Shown piece by piece: positions 36,341 through 51,304 of a stretch of DNA of 64,000 nt (the first letter of the stretch is position 1; each line of letters begins with the position of its first letter). The stretch covers positions 9,114,001-9,178,000 of the forward strand of contig CM102284.1 of NCBI GenBank assembly GCA_046563655.1, given 5' to 3'. The DNA is from Yuukianura sp. NJ FZ-2021 (Eukaryota). Below the pieces are notes generated by a model. That model was not told the origin of the DNA. It saw only the letters and a program-made list of their open reading frames with translations, and ran no database searches. A program made the translations under genes and the position numbers.

Positions 36341-38838
36341 CACAAACTAAAAACAATCGCCTTTCACTTTGAGTTTCACCTTAGTAAATATTTATGGAGG
36401 AGAAAGTCGATGAAGGGGGCTTTCCTCTTCCAAGAACTTCATTAGCACAGGCACGTCCAAAAATTTCGGAATCCACCGCACGACATAAAAAGTTTTTTCA
36501 TAATTTTGCAAATTCTGTAACTCAGGATCTAAAAACTTTAAGAAACAGAAATTCAGAAATTTCAGAATTTTAATAAAAACAGCACAATTTTTTTTTACAT
36601 AATTCAAAGAAAAGGACCAATTTTGGAAAAATTTTGAAAATTCGACAGGATTTGTTAGGCTGTGCGGATTTTTCCGATCAAAAGTACCCTAGCGATTGAT
36701 TGGCTCCACATGGCATTCGGTTTTGTGTTTGCTAAAGGGTGGTTTCTAGAAAATTCAAAGACCCTGGACATGTTTTTTAGAATTCCAAGAAGGTTTTAGT
36801 CCAGAACATGCTCGTCCCCCAAAGTAATAACTCTAGTTAGGCTAGGTTATAGCCAGTTACCTTCGTTTTTAGCTAAAACACGAAAGTTCCATCACTTTCA
36901 CTCCACTTTTAAAACAAAAGGAAAGTGGAAAGGGAAAGTTACGTTTCAAAAGAGACAGGAATCTTCAGTCGATCAGTTGCACAATTAAATTAGTTCCCAA
37001 AACTTACATTTTCTGGACAAAACATAGCTGGAATTATTCAACAGTTTTTTGACATTGACAATCAAAGGTCATTTGAAGCAACTAACAACCTGCAATTGAA
37101 CAGGTTAGGCTCTATCTCAGTCCAACACACAACAGCAGCCACTCAAGTACAATTTAGTCCAACCTTGTCATTACGACGACCATCCTGGCAATCCTTCTCC
37201 AGCGGAATTTCTGCTTTCACAAACATTTTAAAACTACATTTTTAGTAAACTTTCACCATTCCACCCGTGAGCTTCTTCGGCTTATTCCTGGATCGATCTG
37301 GGAACAGGTAAGGTCAAAAGTCATAACTTTTTATATATTATAAAAATATGTTTAAAATATATATGTATTATATAAAAGCATATTCTATGCTATAAGTTAA
37401 TAAACTAATAATTAAGTCTAATGTTTCATAAAGTAATAGATTTCAGAATTTTAAAATTAACAAATTTTGTGATTTTGACCAAGTCAAAAATTCTTTAATT
37501 AATTTTTGGTTTCATTGAAGCATTTATGTTTATAAGTTTTTGAAAACGGAATTTGCTTTTTGGTTGAAGTTTTTTAAAAAATTTCATAAACTTTTGAAAT
37601 GTTTGTGAAAACTGATCATTATCTATTTCCACATGTTTTTTCATGTCCAAGATTGCGAATGTTTGTTAATTGATGAAGGATAAACTGAAATCGATTGTCA
37701 TAAACTATTTAAGCGAAAAGTTCAAGCAAAAATTGCCCAAATATTTTTTTGAATGTTCATTTTGAATGTCACGATCATTCAAAATTGGATTTTTTTTTCC
37801 GAATTGGTTGAAGCTTGAATTAACTTTCCCCACCTTAACAGAAGAAAGTTATTGGTTTTTTTTTTTTGTAATTTCAAAATAATTTGATTCCCATGAGTTG
37901 TTTTTCTCGAAAAGCCAATGATTCAACATGCACAAGGAAAAAAAAAGTTTCCAAAATTCCCTTTTGACATAACAGAGCGCTTCCACTGAATAAATGAGTT
38001 TTAGAAAGTTTATGAACCAATGTCATTCCAAAGTTAATCATTCACTGGATGTTTTGAATCGTCAAGGTCAACATTTTCGGAGAAACCATCACAGAAAATT
38101 TTTTGGCTCAAAATTTCGAAAATTCCGAAAAACTCTGGTCACTGACTCTCCGAAGTGCGTCAGCCACCGTCAATGTCACTCCGTGTCCTGTCATAATTTA
38201 TGTAAACCTAATAACTCCTCCCCATGTTTAACAATTTCCAAACTTTCACTTCTCACCAAAATCAAAATTTTGCATTTCGGAATTCAAAATTTTGGAAATC
38301 CAGTCCAAGTTCCAATCTCATTCCAAAATCCAATAAATCTTTACTTGTGAAAGTTCAGTGTCTTTGATTAAATCTGACCTTGGCAAGAAAACAGCAGAAA
38401 AGAAGAAGAAAATACAATTAAGCATAGAATCAATAGCAATTATTTTATTATTGTTAAACCAATTGATTTCCTTTCTGTTTTTCCTTTTCAATTTCCTTTT
38501 TGCTCGTTTTCTCTGTCGAGAATTCCAATTTTCAGAGAAACCTCCATTTGTAATGAATAATTCACGAAATGCTTAGATTTCTAAAGGTACAAAACCAATT
38601 TTTTGTGAACAATGAGTCAGAACACGATAATTTCCGGAGCTCGTTCCACGTTGACTAGGCTAGCAACTAGCAACAGCATTTTAAATGTTTGACGATGTAT
38701 GCGGTAGATTCCAGAATCGATTCTGGAGTGTTAGTGTTTCCATTCAACTGGAATTTGGTTACACGGAACTTGGGAAAGGCCAGAATCAACCACTTTTTGC
38801 CAAAACGTGATTCAAGCCAGGTTGAGCAAGGGTCATTC

Positions 38839-39040
38839 CCTCTGGTGAAAGCAGAGAAAGCAGGCAGTTCTTTCAGAATTTCACAAATTTCGAGTAAAAA
38901 AAAGTTCAAAATTTTAACAAGTAGTCAAAAGAGATTCAGTACCTCTGGTGAAAGCAGAGAAAACAGTTCCTTTTCCTGGATTTCACTTTTTTTAAAAAAG
39001 GTCAAAATTTTGAAAAGTAGTAAAAAGTGATTCTGTGAGC
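38839..39040. repeat. Degenerate tandem duplication, about 103-bp unit, 2 copies
   Basis: CCTCTGGTGAAAGCAGAGAAA at 38839 and 38942, each followed by similar CAGTTC..ATTTCAC..TCAAAATTTT..AAGTAGT..GATTC blocks. Confidence 0.75.
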
Positions 39041-39990
39041 CTGACCAGGTTAACTTGACCTGTGACCTCAAAAAATGCGTTCCACTTGACTCACTTTGAG
39101 TTTAAGTGGGATGGGAAGAGGGTGTGGCTGTGATAGGCAGAATGACTAAACCTAACCGGTTCTTCAGTAGAGGAATTCTACCGAGCATCTTCTCTGTACA
39201 TCTCTGGGATTTTGGGTATTTTCAAAATTTCAGTTTTCATTTTCAAAAAAGTTCAAAGGCGCATTTTCTCATAAAGTTCCATTCAGATGCTTTTTAGTTT
39301 TGGAAATTGAAGGTGAAAGTGTCCTTGAATGGAGCAAGGGAAGAATTCGCAATTAAGTTTTGCCAAAATGATTTTTTTTTCGGTCAAGGTGACTTTGAGA
39401 ACTTGGCGCCAAAAGTTAAATATTTGATGAAGTTTGGCTTTTCTCTTGGTGCAAAACGTTCTGGAAGCCTCAAAATTACACTTGTGGACTGTACATGGTT
39501 GGATTTGGATCAATTAGCCAATATTGCTTTTGTCTTTGGGATAATTTCCACAAAATTAAAGCATCTCAAACCGAAATTTAGAAATAAAATGGATTTCGAC
39601 ACGGTTGAGTCAGTTGTCAAAAAATGGTGACAGCGAAAACACTCAAAGTGTCACAAATTTCGAAATTTCGAAAAGTTAATTGAAGCTAGAACAAAATTAG
39701 TAACACTTTCTCTGTGTAAATATTTCGTAACTACCGTGACCTGGAACTGCTAAAGTTCAGGTCAAGGTTTTCCGAGTCTTTTCAAAATTGACACAAAAAG
39801 AAATAAAATTTCCCAAAGTTTCAAAATTTCGAAAAACTGTTTGAATGCAGCAGTCACCAATTTTACCGCGTATACACATTTACATGTAAGCAAAGTAAAC
39901 GTCCATTCAAACTTTTAGAATAGAAAAAATCGAATTTTTGAGAAAGGTTTATAGTTGCCGTTTCTTCCCGCACTTCAAAGTCATCTATGA

Positions 39991-41813
<1,823 letters not shown>

Positions 41814-43396
41814 CGCCAAGATAAGTTAAGTATGTGCTTTGGTGGGGCACACAGAGCCACCGGTACGCCACAAGCACAACCCAAAAACCGCAATTACAAT
41901 AATAATCCTGGAGGGGGCGGGGGTGGAAGTGTCCCGAACCACTTGCCGTCCCAGCAGCACTATTCTCATTTCAATGCATAAGTACCCCCCTCCATGTTCG
42001 CATTAATGTTCTTGAAATCAGCTGGAGCTGAAATTTCTGTTAGTATTAAAAACTCGGTTTTTGTAGGAATTCGCATCCACGAACAAATTTTCGGCGCCAA
42101 AATTTTTTCGCGTTTCGACACCAGTGGGCACCAGGCTTAACGTACTGAATTCCTTATTATTGTAATTATTATTATATTTATAAATTCGTGTTTTATGATT
42201 TCGACTTTTTTCATGTTAAGTATAAATTAGTCAACGTGTTACCACGCCGTAGATGACCTTGTGACCTGACGTTGTGCGTCCACTAACTTCAATGTGATTT
42301 GGTGCGTGGATCAAGTTTATGAATGGAAGTGAAAGTATGTGAAAGCATTATTCCATGAGATTGTTTTGCGTAGTTTAGTAAAGTAGTCAAAATCTATTTC
42401 ATCTTTAAAAAAAATGTCACAAAAAGCTATTAAAAAAATTCAAAAAAAAAAACTTTAAAAAGTGGAAATTAACCTTAATTAAACTAACATAAATTTGGAA
42501 AATGCGAGAAAGAGAAAGTAGGAATGCAAATTTTGAATTTTTTTTCGTTCTGTTTGTGTCACATCTGGGAGACGGATCAAAGTGAGTAGATTTAAATTTG
42601 ATGAGAATGAGAGTGTTAATTAAGTAGTCTAACACTTGACAATTGGAAATAAAGGAACCAGTTTTGAGCAATGTCTCTCTTTGCTTGACCTCCAACATTG
42701 CAGATTGTTACGCTTCAAGTTCAAGTTCAAAGGAGAAAGTGACTGCAGACGAGACACACAAGGACACAAAGGGAGAGCACAATTAATTAGTTATGCATTG
42801 AGGCAATCCTCTCTTGTTTAAACTATCACTTTCAAAATCTACGAGTTACAACAGTTACTATCTCTACTCAAAATCATAACAATTAACTTAACAATATAAA
42901 GGAAATTGTTAACTTTGTCCTTTAAAAAATGCATAACATAATCAGATTTTCACCTTTTCATTTTTTTATGTCTGGATTTCTTTTGTTTTTAGTGATTACA
43001 TCTGTCCGTTTTGTATGGTTTACAATGTTGTTAAATTGTTTTACTTTTTAAACACGACTTCTTTGCAAAGGTCAAAGGTCAAAATTTTCATAAAATTCAC
43101 AATTTGAGTTGAAGTAACAATTTTGATGTGGGTTCACTTTTGTTCTAAAATTTTCATGGAGGGATTTGGTGAAATTTTGAACTTGAGAATTATCGATTTT
43201 TTGGAAACTAAAACTTTCTCTGCTTTTTTTTTCCAAAGCGACAAAGTGAAAGTCAAGCCGGAACTACTGCTGCATTGCTGCGTAGAATTTCCAAAAAAGG
43301 TGAAGTTTGAAATCAAAATTTTTCAATTTCAAAAACTTTTTTCGAAAAAGTTGAAATACTGTATTAATAGTTACAACGAACGATGAAATTGGCAAG

Positions 43397-43953
43397 ATGA
43401 GACTCCACATTGTGCTGGCTGTCGGCCTTGCCCTGGTTCTTCCCGAAGCCCTATGTCAACTCATAGGTGTTGGTAAGTGTTAAGTGAGTATATTAATTAA
43501 TTCAAATAAAACTATGAATATGAAACAATAAATATAAAATAAAAAATATTTAATTACCTAAAAATCTTGTTCATTAACCTAATATTTTTGCTGATTGCAG
43601 GGAATATGTGTCTTGGTTCCGACTATACCAAAGGTTGTGACTACGAACTGACGAACCTGGTGTGTTTTGAGGGTCGGTGTGCCTGTCCCGAGTCCGGAGG
43701 GCGCATGTCCAGCCTTGCCCTGCCATGGACGTTGAACACAAAGTGGCACGATGGGCACCACAAGTGCTTTGCCACCCGTGGCTTCATGTGTGACCTCCAC
43801 CCCACCAAGAAGCGCGTGGACTGCCTCCCGGGAGTCAGTTGCATCCAGGATCCAAATAACCCGGGAGCAGGAACCTGTGCTGCCTCTGCCCTTCTACGCC
43901 CACCCTTCCTCGTCTCTGCCCTACTTACACTTCTCATCTTCTTCCAAAAATGA
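43397..43953 (+). CDS. Small secreted 10-Cys protein with probable GPI-anchor signal (EB-module-like)
   Basis: Exon 1 43397-43472 encodes signal peptide MRLHIVLAVGLALVLPEALC; phase-1 intron; exon 2 43601-43953 has 10 Cys including LVCFEGRCAC and ends with small residues plus a hydrophobic tail (AASALLRPPFLVSALLTLLIFFQK). GC-rich relative to flanks. Confidence 0.8.
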
Positions 43954-46900
43954 AAATTTCAACAAAATGAAACACAATTGGAAAACACTTGAAAAGTTGT
44001 ACTTTTGGCCAATTGTCACTTGGCACTTGGTAGTAATAAATTAACATACAATTCAACTCCTACATAACTCGTCTGCTATCATTAGCCACGCACGCGTGTC
44101 GTCTTATGTCGGATCAATGTCAACGCAAATTTCACTTGCCGCAGTCAATTTCAAAGTTTCAATTGTTTCCTTGATCCAAAAAAAGTATAATTCTGCATGT
44201 AAAATTGCAAATTTACGTCGATTTTTGACAAATTTGAGCAATTGCGGTTTTGATTTTTTAAACTTTCAAGGTGAAAGTTTAAAAAAAATGAAAAATTGAC
44301 TTTCTCCTTCTTTTTTATTTTCGTTTTTTTTCACTTTGATATTTTTGGAGTCATTTCCTGAGTACGGGAGCATCAAAAGAGCGGCCGTCATTCAACCGTT
44401 TGAGAGTTGAAAGGAAGTAGCCACTTTTCAAATTTTCGAAAATCTTTTTTTGAAAAAGTAATTTAGAAAAGTAATTTTGGGAGGAAGTCTCGGATTTAGT
44501 CAAATCCCGTTATTAAGTCCAGACTTTTTGAAAGGGAAACGGTGTGAGAAGTGTTGTTGCTTGAAAAAGCCAAATCCGGCATGACTGAGCACAGGAAGGG
44601 GTTGAAGGGACCCCGGGCCCTTGAAGGGCTCAAATTAAAATAAGGATGTTCCAAGAGTTGACAGAGCGGAACCCCCCATGGGGGTGCGGGGGGTCAAAAA
44701 TGTTGTGTCTGACCCCTTGACCTACATCATGTTGTCCACTCACCACGTCCACTTCAATGGCCAACTGGAATGTGGCATCACTCAATATTCAAATTTTTCA
44801 AAATTCAAAATTCAAGTTTTCAAAATTCGAAGAATTCGACAATTTGTTCTTTTTTAAACATAGTACCAGGCCCTTACATTACTTGTAGTGGTTTTGTCGA
44901 GGAAAATTTATAGTCGACAAGTAAGTGGAGAGCCCTTAAGGGTACCGTGCCCACACTCTATAAAAATGTTTCTGTATTTTTAAAACAAGAATTGAAAAAA
45001 CATTTTGAAAAATTTCAAGAATTTTAAATTTCACAGATATTCCGAAATGTAATTTTGAAATTCCGTTTTCTACTTTTGTCAATTTCTACACGCACAATTA
45101 ATTTAGTTAATTATAAAAATCGCAAGATTTGTCAATTTCTAATCATAAAATAATCAAAATTTAATTACAATTTTGTCACCCTGCTGTTCCCACTAATCAA
45201 ACCCAATTCATTCAAATTTTAACAATCCAAAAACAAATCCAAAATTTGACCTACTTTTTCCTCTTTTTTTTTGTTCTAAATTTGAGAACTGATGTTCATA
45301 CTTATTAAATTTTTTATGACCTGTACACATGTAATTTTGGAGTAAAAGTTATGTAAAACTTTGTTCCAAAAGTTGATGATGATGATGATGGTGTTCAGCT
45401 AATTCTTGGTTCTATAAATCACATTGTACTGCTTGCAGTGATGAAGGGGCATTGTATTCAAAAACTTTTTTTCAAAAAACTGTTTTTTCTTCATTTTTTT
45501 GAAAATCTATTCTCCAGGATAGGGGGATGAAGACTAGTAATTTAGGATGACCCAATTCTTGCATAGTGTGTGACCACCTAGCCTACTCACATGAAGAGAG
45601 ATGAAGGGGGAAGACAAGGTTCCTTGACAACAAAAAGCTAATTTACATTAACAGGTTGAGTACTACCTCGCTTGTAGACAAAAAAAAATAAAAAAAAATT
45701 GGTAGGTACCAATCCAAAAAATTTTCACCAATTCGTCTGCAAAATTAAAAAAAATTGGCTGTATTGTTCTGACTACGATACCCGGAAATGAAAAGTTGCA
45801 AAATCGATGAGGTATTAGCCAACAGGTTAAAGAAAATCAAAGTCAAAAACCTTGGGGGAGGGGGATGATTGTGTGGATGTGGATGTATGGGGGATGAATG
45901 CGAGAGTAGGCAAAACTTAGGTTATGGTGAGAAAAATAATGATGCCTCATCTCTTTTCTGAGAATGTTGTTGTTATTCATCCCCTAATTACTATTCCACT
46001 CTGCATGCCTCTCCTACGGGCATTAACATTGTTACTCCCTCGCCCAAAATTTAACATTTTCACGCTCAAATCTCTGCGGGATTTTTCAGCTCAAAGTGAA
46101 TTTCCCGAATTTCTCAAATAAATTACGATACACATCAGTACAAGCAGTTTCAGATGAAAAAGAATTTTATCAAAAAAAGACATGCTAAAGATACAAAAAT
46201 TATTTTACAAGCAGAAAATTTTACACAACAACAAAAAAATTGAAAAAAAAAATCCTAAATTCGATATAAAACACTACAAAAAACTAACATTTTGAACTAT
46301 TCTACAAACTATTCACACTTTTTGAAAAGGCTAAAAATAGGGTTGAAAAAGAGAAAACTTTCTTTTCCGAATATAAATTCTTTCCTAATACCGAAATTTT
46401 TCAAAATACAAAAGACAATTTCTCCTACACACTTTAGAGAAAATGAAAAAGACGAAAAAAGCTCTAACTTTTCAAATCGATTGTGATTTGTATTTCCTTT
46501 TCCTTGTAGATGACTCGACGTGAGTGATGTGAAGTGATTTGTGTCATCAATAACCTAACGTATGCCTTACATGGAGTGATGACAGGTGTAGTTTGTGCCT
46601 GTGATGGTTGATTGGTACTTGAGGACACAATAACTCAGATTGATAGGCCCTTAAGGGCCCCTTCACTTCTCTTTTCCAACTTTGACATCCTTTCATTCAA
46701 AAACTTACATCGGCGCAGTATCATCTTACTCCAATTATTTACTGTAGTCAGCAAATAATAATAGAGCAAACAATCTATCGGAGCAATTTACATTTCGCAG
46801 TAATTGGTTTCGTCGTAATTCATTCGGAGCAATGGCGTGCTACCCCCAAAATGTCTAAACGCTTTTCGCACGCCTTTTTAATTAACTTGGGACGGAATTA

Positions 46901-47835
46901 TGAGGAAAAGTGCTAAAATAATAATTAAAACTATCTTGATGGACAATTTAAATTGAAAGAAGAGGAGATGATGAGGACTTTCTATTTTTAGGAGTAACTG
47001 GGCCACAAATGGCCCAATTGTCGCCACCGTCTTCATTTTGCCTATCTCAAGATCATCTCACGACATTCTCAAAATGAAAATGAAGATGATCTTCCCTTGT
47101 CCTTTCCTAAGTGAAGGTGAAATTTAAAATTGGAGGCGCGAGGGAGGTGAATTGTTATTCAATTATACTTTTCCTTTTTTTGGAAAAAATGAAAAGAAAA
47201 CTGAAATTATTGTTGTGTAAATGGACTTAAATGAGGTGTGAAAAATTCCAAGAGTTGTTCCACTCAATGCTCAAAATGCACCACAATTTGGAGGGGAAGA
47301 AAAAAAACACGTAAAAGAATAAACGAATTTGAAACTGAAATGGAATTTTGTGACACGCGCACCTCATCAGCATCACTAAAAACTCAAAATTACTGCAATT
47401 TTGAAAAATGCAAAATTTCATTTTGTGTATTCAGCGTGCGTGTGAAAAAAGAAATTAAACGAATTTCAAGATTTCAAAAATTAAGTTTTTTTGTATAACT
47501 TAAATTCCAGTTACAACAAAGTGTTTTTTCGTATGCTGATTTTTGTGGTAAATTCGCCAGATTTTTCTGATTGAAAAGTGGAGGAGATTGAAATTCAATA
47601 AACAAACTTTAGTTAATTAAAATAATAAAGAATGAAATTAAAACAGAGTTAAATAAGTTAGTTTATAGGATTGATTTGATTTGATTGTTATTGGTAAATG
47701 AAAAATGTTTAGTCATTTGAGCATGTAGGTTTATAGGGTGAGATGGGGAGGAAGGAGATGAATAGTTGTGTGGCAAGTGGACATTCTTCTTCCAAAAATC
47801 TCAATCTTAAGTGTCATTCTTAACCGAAACAGTCA

Positions 47836-48240
47836 CCTGACATCCATGGACGGATTCTCATGTGGACGGAACTTCATGGACGGAATCTCAAACCCAATGC
47901 TCGCAAAAGCAATCTCCGGCAGGTTGTATCTCCTGCACAAAATATCATCGACGGAATCTCATGTTCAAAATCTCATGGACGAGGACGGAAATCTCATGGA
48001 CGGAATCTCATGGACGGCTATGTAAATCATGCTCCAAATCTGAAGAATTTGGACGGAATTGCATGAGGGCGGCTGTTATTTTTTTTATTGGCGGTGTCTT
48101 GCTACGTCACACTTAACCAAAAATTCCGTCCATAAAATCCTATCGTTCACAGAATTAAGCCGTCCACAAAAATCCGTCCTTAAGCGTCCTAAACCTTTTG
48201 ATTTGCCGGAAAGGTGCTTGGTTTTGGTGAATGCAGGTTG
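47836..48240. repeat. Degenerate MITE-like relic with CATGGACGGAATCT direct repeats and inverted CCGTCC copies
   Basis: About 8 (G)GACGG(A) motifs at 47846-48060, followed by opposite-orientation CCGTCC at about 48126, 48160 and 48174. TIR and TSD are not clearly identifiable. Confidence 0.55.
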
Positions 48241-51200
48241 GTTTGCATCTTGTGATGGATTTTTGAGGAGTTGATTCTTAACCATGCCAGCCCATTGCAG
48301 GCTCTCCGTTTATTTTTTGGTTGTGCTTGAGTGCATGGTGGAAACACGTTGAAATATCGTCCGTCGGTCACTAGTGCCTGAGCAGTAGTTGGTTGGGGTC
48401 GTCCGTTGCCACTACTCACCTCCTGCCCTACTGCCAAGCATTTCCAATTCCACCAGCAACAAAGAACCTGAAAAGTGAGTTTGATTGTGGCCGCAGTCCG
48501 TTACTCTCCTCTTGTCTAAAGTTCACCAACAAAAACTCGTCTTTTTTAATTCAAATTTCACTCAAATGTTGATCCAAAGGGAGCGTAGTTGAAGGGCTTA
48601 AGTGAACCCACACCTACAGTCTTAACCTAACAACCTAACTCTTAGCCTAACAACCTAACCTCTCATTCTCCAAGTCCCACTGAACTCAAAAGACCACTTT
48701 TCATATCCTACTCACTTCAGACGTAGGCACTTTGGAATCAAGTGAGAGACGGTCCAAAGGTGGCACAGGAACTCCCGGATGCACAACAGTATTCAAAATT
48801 TAGTTTTACAAAAAGTGAAAAAAAGTGTGGAAAGTGATTTTTGAACGGTGGAGTTTTGGAGAAAATTTGACAAATTTGGACAACACGGAAAACTGCTTTG
48901 GAGAAAAGTTTGGACAAAATTTTGGCGGAACAGCAAAAGTGGAGTTTTCTTTTTCCGGGGGATTTTGACGAAATTGGAATTGGTAAAAATTTATTACAAA
49001 ATTTGTTAATTTTTTTGAAATTTTTGGAATTTGAAATTATTGGAATCACAAAATTGGGAATGCCTCGACGTCAGGTTTTTTGTTTAACATTTTCACTAAA
49101 AAGTAGTCTACCATAGAGCTTCCTAGGTACAAATGTGTTCTTGTTCTCGGCATGCGTAATTTGTTGAATTTTGAAATTCAGGAATTGCCAAATTGTAGGA
49201 TTGCCTAAAATTTGTAAAATTTGGAGAATTTGATTCGATTCGACGATTCAGGATTTGTCAGAATTCGAAATTCTAAAAATTGGAATTTTTCAACCTCAAA
49301 AGTTTCTCGATTTACATTTTGTGGAAAAAATTGGAACAGGGGAGGAAAGAAGAAAATTTTAGCGAAATTTTGTTTGTAAAATTTTGATGACTTTGATTGG
49401 AAGTGTATTAATTATTATAATTTGGAATTTTAATACTTTTGGGTTGCGGAGTTTATAAAATTGTTTGAGTTGATTTTCTCGCTGTGGTTACGTTGTTGTT
49501 TTGACTCTACTTTGAGTTATCTGGCCCACATCAAAGTAATAATTGACTTTCCATTGTTTCATGAAGAGTAGTTCTTAAAACACTTTCAAAAAATGTATAG
49601 TTCCACCTCACATTTTTATGATTTATTATTATGGAATTCAAAAAAGTGCTCAGAAGGTCAAAGGGCAGGAGCTTTTTTTTGAATAACAATTTTATGCCTT
49701 CAAATTTTCAACTATAAAAATCCACAGACTTACTAAGTTTCTTGACTCTCAATTTTCAAATGTTTTCTAGTCACGAAACACTTACTCAACAAATTCAAAT
49801 TCCAAAAAATTTACGTGCATTTACATGATTAACTTCTTTCTCTTTCAATTTGAACCAAGAAAAAAGTTAATGAAGTTTGTTTGCTCAAATTCGTTCTTCC
49901 AAAAAACTAATTTTGATTTTTACCAATTGCCCTCGATTCGATGATTTTTTTTTAGAAAAACGAAAGTAGATTCAGTAAATTTGATTTTTTTTAGAACAAC
50001 GAAAGTAGATTCCGTGAAATCCGTTTTTTTTCGTAACAAGGTTTTTGGTATCACTTTCATGATTGTGCTTTGTGCTGTTTTTTCGTTCAATTTTTACAAA
50101 GTGAAATGGATACACTATAAATTTTTTCATAAATTGACTTTTTTCGAATTTGAAACTTTTTCAATTTCTTGTTCGTTCTTTTCTTGTTTCTTGAAAACAA
50201 TGACGCAAACGTACTCAAAAGTTAATGGAGATTAGTAGTTTTACAACATTCTTTGAGAACTTTCTTTTTGTTCCGTCTTTACAACAATACATAAAAAAGT
50301 AATCGACATTCGACACAAAAATGTGAACAGTAGCTTCAAAAACTGGGTCAAATTGGTTTTTGACCTCCACCTCACGAACAGAGTTGTATTTTTCAATGCA
50401 ATTTTTAGTGAAACTGAAACAAATTGTTAACATTTTCAAAAAAAAAAAAAGAGTTTGGTCCATGTTAGCAGCAACTTTGGAAATTATGGGAGCACAATTT
50501 GCATATTCGCGGTGTATTTATATTAAAAAAGAAGATAAAGTATAAAATTTTGAAAAGAAGTTATTTTCTTTAAACTTGAGAGAAAATTGAAGTAAACGAG
50601 CGAGAATATGTTTTTAGCGACGTTTCGCCCCCCTTAATTTTTTTAATGACTTGTCACCTTTGGCCATTCGCATACTTTTCTCTCAAATAAAAGTGACTCT
50701 GGTGACCTACAAAACAAAAACACTTTGAAATTCACTTTTTCTCTCTTTTCCGCACATGATACCGTTGTGGTTGGACTAAAAGTTTTCTAGGTTTAAAAAT
50801 GAAGCAGAAGGAAATTAAACAGGATTTGCTTCTAGCACTCCCTTGGATTCCCCAGTTTCAAAAGGTGCGGGATTGAAAACAGTGAATGAATTTTGCTTAA
50901 ACAAAAGAATTCAAATTTTGAACACAAAAGGGAACACTTTCAAGCACAAAAAAACTTTCTTTTCATAAAATTCGCAATTCCTTTGGAACAAAAGGCGGAC
51001 GGACTTGATAACTTCTCGGACAAAAAATGTTCACATGTCGGCCCCCCATGAGTCAATCCACAAACCACAAAACAGTTTACACGGTTTTCGAAAATCTGCT
51101 TTTCAAATTTTTATTTTTGTCTTCTCACCGCATTTTTAAAAAACAAAGAACTACACAATTTTTTGGACATTCTTCATATTTTTTTAAACTTTGGATTCTT

Positions 51201-51304
51201 TTTCGTTTCAATAATAAATTATCACATTTTTGCTCTCTTTTTTTCAGAAAACTGCCGCCCGTGACCCGTGGCGGCCTGTGCCGGCTCTCCCCTCATAGTC
51301 AATA

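Noticed and set aside
44100-51200. Short Phe/Lys/Asn-rich ORFs in the long intergenic region (also 36400-39900 and 60500-64000)
   Set aside because: Translations mirror poly-A/T tracts, with no domain motifs or coherent exon chains.
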